64,000 nt of DNA from assembly GCA_051362555.1 (NCBI GenBank), contig CM120644.1:4720954-4784953 (forward strand), given 5' to 3'. Of this stretch, positions 42,301 to 54,000 are shown piece after piece. Origin of the DNA: Lingula anatina. Taxonomy: Eukaryota; Animalia; Brachiopoda. Made by a program: the position numbers and the translations under genes. The stretch's first letter is position 1. Each line of letters begins with the position of its first letter. A model generated the notes under the pieces. That model saw only the letters and a list, made by a program, of their open reading frames with translations. It had not been told where the DNA came from and made no database searches.

Positions 42301-43252
42301 TACTACAAGATCACAGTCATATACTCAAATAAAATAAGATGTATGAAGTTTTGTGGAGGGGGAGTCAAATTTTCATGGGGGGAGTCACATTTTCATTATG
42401 AAAATCTGACTGGGGAGTCACATTTTCATAATGAAAATCTGACTGGGGAGTCACATTTTCATGGGAGTCAGATTTTCATGTTACACCGGAACCATATGGG
42501 CGGCTTTATCAAATAGTTTAGTGAGATTTTTGAAAAAAGGCTCTGCATAAGAGGCAAGGGGCATTTTGGGGTAAAAGTTGGAAACCAGGCTTATTAGTAT
42601 AATTTTGGGATGCTGAATCCGATTTTCCCGGTTCCCAAACGAAATTTTGCGTTTTTAACGGTCTAATTTGCAAAAAAAAAAAAAAACAAAATGGCCGCCA
42701 GATTTCCTATTTTCTGCAATACCTCTGGAACTATAGACAGGCAAATATGACAAATGAAGTGTCTTTACCTATATTTTCAGGGTCGAGGAACATTATTAAG
42801 ATGTTTCTGTTAGAATTAGATTTACGCAATTTTCCTAAATATGCAAATTAGGATAGCCATTACTGAAAAACCGTTTTACTTCTGTGTCTCTGTAACTAGG
42901 CAAGCAAACATGACAAATGAAGTGTCTACACCTAGGTTCTCAGGGTTAGGGAATGTGATAAATCAGATGTCTTGTCTGATGGGTAGCACTGACTTTGTGA
43001 ATCATGTCCGAGTAGCACCTTTTATTGTTTCTTCCCTGTATCTGTCAAACACAAGTCAATCTGCTGATAGTTAGAACCTGCCTTCAGAACTGCTCTTACG
43101 TACGTGTCAGCCAAACTACCAAAGGTCACTGCATTGTCAGGCTTTCCCAGTGAAATTGTCAGTGCTTGCCCATCAATTATAAGGCAAGGTGAGCAGAGGC
43201 GGATCCACGATTATCTGAAGGGGGAGTACGCGGATGCAAAGCCCCCCCCCCC

Positions 43253-43287
<35 letters not shown>

Positions 43288-46200
43288 ACTTGGCAACGGG
43301 TTAGGGACTTGTTGAAGGGCCACGAAAATTTTTGGTATTTAAGAGGGCGAACGGTGCTATTTGGTGTGGTTTACAACTATGATTCACCTAGTCAAAATTA
43401 TAATTTCAAGGGGGGACCAGAATTCGAAGGGGGGGGGGGGGGTCAGGGCCCGCCTTACGTAATATGTGGCAGTTTCTCTGAGCAGTCCTCTTTGGCTGGT
43501 TACAGAATGAATATAAAAGGGCAGCAGTTCTGCAGAATAAGTCTCTATATTTCGGCAAAGTCCAGTCAGAAGAGTTTGATATTTTGCAGACTCTTAGCTG
43601 CCCTTACGGCATGTGAACTAACGGCAGCAACTTGCCACACTATTGTTGCATTATGCCAGAATGGACAGCAGCAAACTGCTATTGCCAGATTTGAATACGT
43701 ATTTAAATTAAATTTTTGATGATGTATCCACACGGGTTGATTTATTAAAGTCATATCGAACACGATAACAAGTGTTTTTTTCATCCATTACTAATATATG
43801 GGAAAATTCAAAGAAAATATGTTTGAAAAAAATCCATTTTAAATGTGAAGTCTGTACATTGCATCACATGAATTACTTGATTCAGCAAATCCCTCCATTG
43901 CATTAATAAGGTAATCTTTTTTTAATCTAGGTAAAAGGGGCAGTTGTGTGATCCAATATGTTTACATCCCAATGGCAGCGCAGTATTTAATTGCAAAATC
44001 CAATTCAGATCCGAATAATTGCTACAGTGTGACAATGTAGCACTCATTGCTGATTTGATTATAATGAAAATATCTTAATCACTTTCCCTAACGCTGAAAA
44101 CATGGGTGTGGGCACTTCATATATCATGTTTGCTTGCCTAGTTAACGTAAAAGCAGTTCTGAAGGCAGGTTCTAACTATCAGCAGATTGACTTGTGTTTG
44201 ACAGATACAGGGAAGAAACAATAAAAGATGCTACTCGGACACGATTCACAAAGTCAGTGCTACCCATAAGACAAGACATCTGATTTATCACATTCGCTGA
44301 CCCTGAGAACATAGGTGTAGACACTTCATTTGTCATGTTTGCTTGCCTAGTTACAGAGATAAAGAAGTAAAACGGTTTTTCAGTAATGGCTATCCTAATT
44401 TGCATATTTAGGAAAATTGCGTAAATCTAATTCTAACAGAAACATCTTAATAATGTTCCTCGACCCTGAAAATATAGGTAAAGACACTTCATTTGTCATA
44501 TTCGCCTGTCTAGTTCCAGAGATATTGCAGAAAATAGGAAATCTGGCGGCCATTTTGTTTTTTTTTTTTTTTGCAAATTATACCATTAAAAACGCAAATT
44601 TTCGCTTGGGAACCGGGTAAATCGGATTCAGCATCCCAAAATTATGCTAATACACCTGGTTCCCAACTTTTACCCCAAAATGCCCCTACTGTTCATCTTT
44701 TGTGGAAATCCCACTAGACTAAAATGGAAACATGACTAATGTATGATGCCAAATAAACACTTGTGGTAAAAGCATTCCAGTCTATCAGTCTAGGGACTAA
44801 AACCTTTGACTCAAATTCGGAATTCTGCATGACTTTTTTTTTATTGCTCTACGTGTAGTTTTTGTAGTGAAAGGTACAGGGGTACGTGCTATCTATATCC
44901 GTTACCTCCAGTCCAAGTCCCATCCCAATCAGTTTCAGCATTCGAAGGCTCAGCTTGGCACAAGTTCTGTGGAACTCCACCACATCCTTCTCAAAGTTTG
45001 GGATACCTGGCCATAGCTAAAACGAAACTCCTAATTTTGATTATGACATCTAAATGTCTACATGAGGGGATGTGTCTACAACAGGAAACTTTTTTAACGG
45101 GTTTTGGTGATAACCCATTAATCAATTATTCTATTTTTCTTTTAATAATGACAGGCCTTCAAACGGATTAGGTGGTTTACTAACACTAACCGCAGATCTT
45201 TTTGCACTAACACCGATATTAACCGCATAGCCCTCAAATTAACCAGCACTACCAGAGAGGATGAATGTTTGCGCTTGGTATTGCTTTGTTGGTGCTAAAC
45301 GTCTGTACGCTGTGTTGGTTAATTCACGGGTTTTGTGATTAATATGGGCGTTAATGCTACCGTAAAAGATCTGCGGGTAGTGTTAGTAAACACAATCCGT
45401 TTATAAGAAATGAGATAGGGACCTGAGTTGCCTTGGCGCAAATCTACACTCTCTGATCATGAGCGCTTTACTAGAATGAAGTGTTACCTGATTATAAGCT
45501 CCTCCAGGAATAGCATCAAAGGACTCCCTGAAGTCAGCAGGTTTGTCCGTTTCAAAACTAAAGAAAATTCTCATCCAGTTGTGAATATGTTGCACAGCCA
45601 CTTTTAATAATTAATTACATCTTTGTTGTCAGTTAATCTTCATGACACTACATTCATGCCGTTTATTAATCATTTCATGCCTTCATGTGTCTCAGTATGC
45701 CTATGACTAACCTTTGCCAAATTTTTTTTTCTCGTGTATTATCAAAAAAAGGGCAAAAATTGTTTCATTTCTTCATTTCTGCATTAATACAAATATAATT
45801 ATATCAACACCTGTATGTTTAGATGGGATTTTTAAGAAGCATAAATTAACAGACCGAAAACAAGGTCAAACGATGAAGAGTGGAAACTGCTTTAAACATA
45901 CAGGTATGGCAATAACATGGAAATAGTAAAAATGATAGTTACATTAAAATACAGATTTGAGAAGAAATATGCCTTCAAACTGAGAGTGGCACATTTGTGC
46001 TCCCTGCCTGCGTGCCTTACATTTCTCTCCCTACTGTAACGTAGCCAATTCCACTTGGGTCAGATAAGGGACGAATGAACTTGTCCTTGGTCTCTTGTGG
46101 TTGTGCAAAAAACTCATCAGCCAAACTAAAAATATTCTCAATCTGAAAATACATTAACAATAAATGTTTACTCCAAAATCTTATATTTGACAATTCTGTT

Positions 46201-48034
46201 GGGTACACGCGTATCTGTAAAAAATTCTGCCTTGTTTAGGATAAAGACAGCATCTTAACCAAAACAACTGTGGAAACTATACATTTAACATGACTAATTT
46301 CGTTATAGATTAAATGCTTTATTCATGTGAAACACCACTAGATGACTAACTTACACTGTGCTATAGACACAGATGATTTAATATAGGGGTAATAACAGAA
46401 TAGAAAAAAACAATCAAATAACCTTGATCTAGATGTATTACAACTGCTAATTCTCTATATGTAGAAATGTTCAAATCAAAAATTAATTTGGCAATTGGAT
46501 GGTTTTCCTCAATGACAGATAACATGTTTTCGAGTCTATGACCTACTGTCATTATAAACGAGGTCATCTGATAGTCTTGCTCATAGTGTCCTTTATTAAG
46601 CTGCTTATAAACTTTCGTAGTTTCGTGGCACAATTAAGACTCACTATAAACTACAAGCAGCTTTTTAAATAAATTATCTCTGGATAGCAATATTTTTTGA
46701 CTTCTCGATTCAATAGCTTGCAACTCAATTTGTGGCAATGCTTCGTTTACAGCGTGTGTCGCTTAAACTTAGTCTCAATTTAGAAAAACAGAATCAATAT
46801 AATAGATATGACAGACAGGAAAATAGTTATCAGGATATCCTTTAGGGTTCAGTTAAGCCGTACATGTATGTTTGTTATTCCAAAAATATAGGCCTACATT
46901 TGACCTTGTATTGAGGTAACCATTTTCAAAATGTTTCTCCTGTCTTCAGCTGATTATCAATGTCGCTTCTTTAAATAGCTCGTACAAACTTTTTTGTTAA
47001 GAGATGATATTCTTATTTTCCAAACACAAAAAACAACTTAAAACTTGTTGACAGAAATTATCATTTTATTTATTTCATTCTACTTTATCTATAACTTGCA
47101 ATTAGTTAGGGACTTGGTCACAAGTTTACAAGAAATAACCGCTCTGAGGGTATAAGCAACTACATGTACACTGAGACTGAAGGCTCCGTGTGACTGATAC
47201 GCCTAACTTTTCAAGCGAAAGAACGATTTTCCCAACCCGACCTATCAACCCAGGAAACAGAACTTTATTATAACGTTACCATAACGTAAATATTACCAAA
47301 AAACGTTATGGTAATGTTATGGTAACGTTATAAACCATTGTGTGATTGTTGGGAAGGCCATGTCTGAGAAAGAGTTCGACACCCGTATACAAATTACATT
47401 ATAAACATACTCTACCACCCGTAGCCAGTAGACACTTCACACGCTGTATGGTATGGAAAATCTTATAAGGCAGCACTCGGCGTCTGATGCAAATGTAACC
47501 TAAATTGGGGTTTTTTAAAGGCACTCTTAAATAATATTTAGCCCTTAAAAAGGAATTTTCTGACAGCGAAAAAAAAAAAAAAAAAAAAAAAAAAAAACAG
47601 AATATTCCTACCCACAAAGAATAGGTCGAGCCATCCCTTCAACTGGAGTTGATTATTCCCTTTTTTTAATTTAGATTAGTAGCTTTGCGGGATATATAGA
47701 TATAGCGCATATGACTTTGGCGAATTTTCAAACATTGTGTACTTGCAAGGAAATTAATTTTTTTTTACTTTTCTGATATTAAATGTCTGCTAACATATGC
47801 TGTTGTACATGCAAGAACAATTTTGTGCTACATGTAGTTACTAACCTGGTCTTGGGGAATTCCGTGATTTTTCACGTATACAAAACCTACGGTGCTGAAA
47901 GCTTTGAACACATCATTTGCCAATTTTTCCATTTCTTTTCTGTCCACCTCATTCTCTTCTTTTGTGATATCAAACGCCTTTATATCGATGACTGGTATCC
48001 AGCTTAAGTCGCAGTGTTGTTGAGCCGCCGTCAT
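35282..48034 (-). CDS. 2OG/Fe(II)-dependent dioxygenase, copy 3 (332 aa)
   Basis: Exons 48034-47846, 46142-46021, 45557-45488, 45016-44906, 38674-38569, 37285-37197, 36034-35924, 35482-35282. Exon sizes match copies 1 and 2 and motifs are intact; intron 4 is enlarged by two transposons. Confidence 0.92.
36306..37120 (-). mobile_element. L2/Crack LINE fragment, paralogous copy in intron 6 of dioxygenase copy 3
   Basis: Same motifs (ORF 36832-37032), same boundaries and (TTA)n tail as 24728-25535. Confidence 0.85.
39604..42485. mobile_element. Non-autonomous Ginger1-like foldback DNA transposon (2882 bp)
   Basis: Termini TGTA(c/a)CATGAAAATCTGACTCCC...GGGAGTCAGATTTTCATGTTACA, flanked by CCGG at 39600-39603 and 42486-42489. 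Both arms are built from inverted arrays of ~183-bp units. Absent at the equivalent site in copies 1 and 2. TGT termini with a CCGG 4-bp TSD are described for Ginger1. Confidence 0.8.
42514..44721. mobile_element. Non-autonomous Academ-like DNA transposon (2208 bp) with ~0.55-kb inverted arms
   Basis: Termini TAGTTTAGTGAGATTT...AAATCCCACTAGACTA with AAA 3-bp TSD (42511-42513, 44722-44724). The empty site tttatcaaatggaaa is seen in copy 2 at ~28267. Arms ~42560-43090 vs ~44155-44685. TAG..CTA ends with a 3-bp TSD fit Academ. Confidence 0.8.
47249..47353. mobile_element. Tiny CCC...GGG MITE with 2-bp AA TSD and ataacgtt repeats (animal EnSpm/CACTA-like)
   Basis: aa|cccaggaaacag...gattgttggg|aa, with internal inverted taacgttaccataacg / cgttatggtaa motifs. 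Confidence 0.55.
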
Positions 48035-49445
48035 TTCTGCAGTCGGGCTTACGTTAGCAATATGCTTCAAATCTAGGTCACGTGCATGGTAATTTTCCAT
48101 TTGACGAACAGGTACGTGAAAGTTGTAAGGTGCTACCTGCAAAGTCGTCATGTAACGGGCGTGCAACTGTGTGAATGTATACTGCGCTTAAAACAATATG
48201 GTACATGGACGTGGCATTTGCTCAGGTTTTGTGGAAAAAAAACATCTACCCGTTTTTAAGCTATGTATATTTCGGGATTTTAAAAGTTTTCAAGGTCTTA
48301 ATTTTTGAAAAATGCGACTTTGGTACTTTCTTAAATGTGGGCAGGATAACTTAAGACAATTAAAAAAAACATTATACGTATTATTGTCTTATATAATTAT
48401 TTAAAAGACGTACTGCTTTAGACAGAGTTTCTCCTTAGAAAGCATTTCTTTTCAAGACGTATAAGCTTAGACATCTTTATTATCGATTATCTCATGTTTC
48501 GTGGTGATTTTTTAAATGCATGCCTGTACAAACGTACATGTTTATCATTTAACTTTGAATAAGTGGAAACGGATTAGAACCATAATATACAGGGTTTATA
48601 ACGTCATGTGGGTTAATATATATACGGACACCTACCTGGTACATGTAGTGTGTTGTATACGAAAATGGTGCAGTATTTTTATCAAGCAAGTCCTTGTGCC
48701 ATGTACAATGTTGATCATTTTATTTTTCAATGCAGTTGCAAGATATTATAGCTTGTATCTTTTACAAATCTACAGTTCAAAAGCAAATAACAACATAACA
48801 ACATATTTTTTTTATTTCCAGAGTTTTTCTTAAGGTTTGCTTTGGAAAAGATACATATAAAAAGCACCAGCTGTCATATAAAGCATTTCTTTTGTTTACG
48901 TTACAGATGTTCTGCTGATACAGAGTGCCCTAAACTTAACCAACAGAAAGCCACCAACACATTGTTGGATGTTTGGAAGACAAGAAGTTCTTATGCCAGC
49001 CCCCAGCAGCAGCCAACAGCGACAGGGTGGGGATTTCATTGTTTGCACTGTCACATGTACAACACTGCAAGGTTCTAATAATAAATAAAAACGTATCGTA
49101 CTATATGTACATGTAGTAACATTAACTAAAAATATACTGCTCAAAAAATTGCACACTGAGGCAAGAATAAATAAATATCATTAAATGAATAACACCTGAA
49201 ACATCTTTCAGAACAAAATTATTTGTAACTTATGCTCATTCCATATATCTTTCAACTTTTCATCAATTGTTCATAACTTGGAAGAGACTGTGTGTATTTC
49301 TGTGTATTTCTGCTGTCAACTAAAATGTGTTCACAAATTTTAGCATTTCCGTTAACTGATCAATCTCTTTCCTAGCTTTGTTTGGAAGAAAATTAAAGCT
49401 GCCTTGCAAATGAAGTCTTTCAAGAAGGTTGTTCTTTCAGTCTTG

Positions 49446-50050
49446 TTACAATTGGAAAGCAGGAAACTTGGCTTTCTGGGGGTTGGTTAAATCTGCCAAG
49501 AAGTAGATGGTACCTGCTAGACCTATGTAGAACAAATCCAAAATGAAAACTGATTAATGCATCTTCCAATGTTTTAATACAACGGATTTTGTAAAATGGT
49601 GCTTCAATCCCAATTCTGGGGTCTTCTGGTAAATGTTTTATACAAGTCAAAAACTTGCTCTTACTCAACGCCAGGGTGGGGATTCCTTTGTGATGACAGG
49701 TTAACTTACTAGAATTCATGTTTACAGCTGAAAAGATTAACTGCTAGGCACAAAAATCCTCACCTTCAAAGAGAGACAGCGGTCTATCGGGTGTTCTACA
49801 GCCATGTTTACCATAGTCAAAGCACCATTCTGCAAACTGAAGGGAAAACTTTTTATAAATAACTGTCACAAAACCATAAATTTCCAAATTTTTTTTTTCA
49901 GAAAGCTACTTATATTTTTAGGAAATGCTGATCAATGGTAAGTAAAAATTTCAGAGTATTATCATACTTGTTATTATGGAAGATTGAGGTGTTGACACGT
50001 AATAAAGTAATAGGTATACATTGTCTCTAGCAATAATAATTATTTATCTA

Positions 50051-50107
<57 letters not shown>

Positions 50108-51061
50108 CAACTATAATAACAAGAAAAAAAGAAAAGAAAAATAAATATCAACAACTCTCTACTATCTACAGTGTATCTACCTTTATTGCTCTGTGTAAGT
50201 GTTTGACATCTTGGGTAGCTTGGTATAACGCCAAGAATCCATAGGCATTTCCTGCTACGCCATGACAGATACCATAGCCCTTCCTTAGTAATCCACGCTG
50301 CCATATCACTTCAGAGCAAGACTTTGCAGCTGACATGTACTTCTTATCATTGAATACCTGGAGAGGGACAAGTACATGAATCTAGGATCACTGAGATATC
50401 AGGATAAAGACCGAGACATATTCATGATATGGCAATATCTTTAAAGCTGAAAAAAAAATGACTGTCCTTATAATAACAGCCTCTTCCATATGCTCCGGAT
50501 AATTTGAATCCAACAAAACTTTATGTCCGTCTTCCATGGGGTTTCTTTGCAAGTATAACAAAATGAAGACATAAATAATGTGACTTAAATCCAAGAGATG
50601 GGTAAACAGGCTCTTGTAGTCTAGGAGGAGAAGCGGTAACGGTGACATGGCGGCAGATCCGGCAGAGCCAGTGGACAAGATGAGTGGGGACAAAAACCAT
50701 GTTTACTGCCAGTGCCTACACTGGAGGTACAATGAAACAATCCAATCTTATCATGGCCTACCTTGTATGCTAATATGAACATGTGGATCCAGCCTGGTGC
50801 GCCATGACACCAGTGAATCAACTTATCGCCAGTGGCGCTCCCAATGGATGATGGGTAATTTCCCGAGGGGAACTGCAGCGTCATCAGGTAATCAATGCTT
50901 GGCCGCAAAAACTCTTCCAAATAATGCCTTATATCAGGAGAGGTAACCTGGAAGGAAATGATAATCCTGAAATCAAATACAATGTTGTGGATAAAATGTT
51001 TAGTTACATGTATATGGATCTCTTTTATCAAAAAAATAAATAAATAAATAAATAAGAATGA

Positions 51062-51093
<32 letters not shown>

Positions 51094-54000
51094 ATCTCGA
51101 TAAAAATAATGGTTCATAGCTCAGAATCAGTATATATTTCTTCACTGAAAGACATTCAAAACAAATTCAACACAAACTGCCTACAATACATCAAATATAC
51201 CAGAACTGGTACACATGCTGAATCCTCATTATGATAAAACATCCTTATATGATATATACATTAACAAACGACTCCTATCTTAACATATAACACCTTCATT
51301 AGCGTATAACTTCTACATGAAGATGTATTAATTAGTACCATACCTGTATTAACATATAAAACCTGTATACAAGATGTCTTGGTACCATACCTGCATTAAT
51401 ATATAAAATATGCCCACCATCCCATGGGCTGCCCCCAGGTACTGTTTGCCATGCCAGGCATACATAAGGGGACATGGAGACCTCTCCTCTGATGACAAAC
51501 TCCTCCCAGAGTCTATTATTGCCTTGATTACCTGGTGATATGGAAAAGAATTAGAGGATCAGAGAGGCGGAGTCACCTCCTGAACATGTACCACCAGCAA
51601 GGAGAAATAGTGTAGAGTCTTAGTCAAAATATCCTAAGTTGTTGCCTTTTGGCTGAAAAATTTTCTCTACTTTTGCTCAGCTTTCTTTAAATTTAAAGCA
51701 CTTCAACAAAATTAGACCTAAGTCTACTTTATCCATTAATTTAGAATGTATATTTTGTAGCATTGTTTTTCAGCAACTTTTAAAGGTAATTGTACAAAAA
51801 AAACATTTCACTTTTGAATGATTTTATGAAGAATGAAGAAAAACATTTCATATTCAAATAATCAGAGTGTGTGAATTTTCCACTTGTAATTTGGTATGGA
51901 CATTCTCAACTCATAAAGACAATTGAAAAGCATCTGAAGAACTTAAAGCCAAAGAGAGAAATCATCGATATAAACAAAATCCAAAAAGATTTTTTTAAAT
52001 GCTGCAGGCATACCCTTTCTATGACAACTGTATCTATCTCACTGTGGTCAATATTCCTCTGTACAAATAACAGTGCAAACAGGTAACCTGCTCTGCCAAA
52101 CAGAATCTCATCTGGGATCTCTGGGTCTCTGCACACATCTTTATGTAGGGACACCAACCTGAAACATAACATAAGGGAGAAATATAAGGTGAACTTCTAC
52201 GGTACATGCTCTGCAGTACAGAACCTCAGCAGGGATCTCTGTGTTTCTGTAGCGACACCAACCTGTTACATCAAATAATTGAACAATTATGCAATGTATA
52301 TATTATGATGAAACATCTACATGTCAAACAATTTTGTTAATTACAAATGAAGCAGGTAAATCAAAGAATTACAACACATATATGGAGTATTGGTATCCAT
52401 GATGCATACTGGGTTAAACCTTAAAGTCAGGGGGATGGAGGGGGTAGGGGGCTGTTCTTGTTATACACATACTAAGTGAAGACAGAAGACAGAAAATTTA
52501 ATTAAGCTATCGGGTTGTCTAAAATAAAATTAATTATCTAGAATAGTTAATTCAGTAAATTAACTGGTGTGGTACCAAACCATCACCTCTTTACACAGTC
52601 TCGGCTCTTGTCTCTCTTCCCAGCATGCTCATACAGCACCGCGCCAAGGGCCAGGGGACCCGCATCGCCGCACAGGAAGGATAGCTTTCTTCCCTTCAGA
52701 TGGCGAAGAGCTCTTTCAGTGTGTTGCAGTGCAGCGTGGAGGTGGGAGGTGCTCTGGCGGCCATCCACAACATTCCACAGGTGATAATGCAGGTAAGCAA
52801 TGCCTGGATACAGAGGTCAGAACAGGGTTAAAAAATGCTCCTTACTTGTATCCTAATTCAAAACTATTACTCTTACTAGTATTTTTGTTAACAAATAACA
52901 ATGGATAAATCAAATCAGATGAGAGCAAGGCTAAGTAAGCATTTTAAATTTTATCCTGGTATACTGTGATTTAATTAATGTACTGTAGCCCATTGTACTT
53001 CACTGAACTGGGAACTACACATATTTATTTGCATGAATAATAAAAAGAAAGTTATATTTATGTTTTCTTTCTACTACCATATTCATTTAATTAGAAATGC
53101 ATGCTAAAAATCTATTCTTAATATCAAATGACATGAGAAGTAAAATGACAAGCCATGTTATATTTACCAGTAGAAAGATTCTGATTAATTTAACAAACCA
53201 AAGGTCAATGACCTCAAATATAGACAAATATAAGTACTAGTACTAGCAATACCAAAAATATTCAATAACAGGTCAATGATGTTAAATTGAGGTATGTAGT
53301 CACCTGTAATTCCAGTATACACACTATAGTCCCTGTCATCAGTGTCTTGTAGGCCTGTAGTCAGCCTGTCCAGTTGTCGTTCCACCTCTGCCAGCAGCCT
53401 CTGCTTGTACCCCTTCTCTAACTGAAGTAGTGAATTAAGGTCTTCATTTTAATTACCACGTATGCTTCTACTAAAAAGATTTAAACAAATCTGAAATTTA
53501 ATGACAAAAGAAATGTGGCCTTGATGGCAAATAATTTTTCAATAACCCAGTTGACCTGACACAGAATCAACACTGGTTAAATTATCTCTCGCCTTGACTG
53601 TCTAATCAGCTGACACACAAACTATACACAATTCACACACAGTACACTTAGGTTAACAGCTTAATTATCAACAAATCCAAGTCACAAGACCCAAATATTT
53701 AAACTAAACATTTGTTTCATAGTAGTCTGGATTGCTGTGGCTCAACACTGCAGACTTTAATTACGAGGTAAACTACTTTTTATAGAATGCCAATTCAGTA
53801 TAGTTACTAGTAACATCTCTCATTTTTACTGCAGCAATGGCATTAATTTTCATGCTAATTACTTAATATATAAAGGTATTAGGTATAGGACTGTTGTTCA
53901 ACACACTAACATTTTATATTCAAAAGTAACAACAGGTTAGTATAAATACGTGTGAGAGCGTGTGCATAGGTGCATTTACGTGTGACGTGTGTGTGTGTGT

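Noticed and set aside
39679-42516. Several short hydrophobic ORFs
   Set aside because: Translations of the AT-rich 183-bp repeat units.
43234-43719. 161-aa polyproline ORF
   Set aside because: Produced by a poly-C tract in a short repeat nested within the transposon.
42841-44405. Pair of near-identical 77-aa ORFs on opposite strands
   Set aside because: They are the two inverted arms of the Academ-like element and show no transposase motifs.
15774-48034. Assignment as true isopenicillin N synthase or a plant-type oxidase
   Set aside because: Only family-level motifs are visible and the substrate cannot be assigned.
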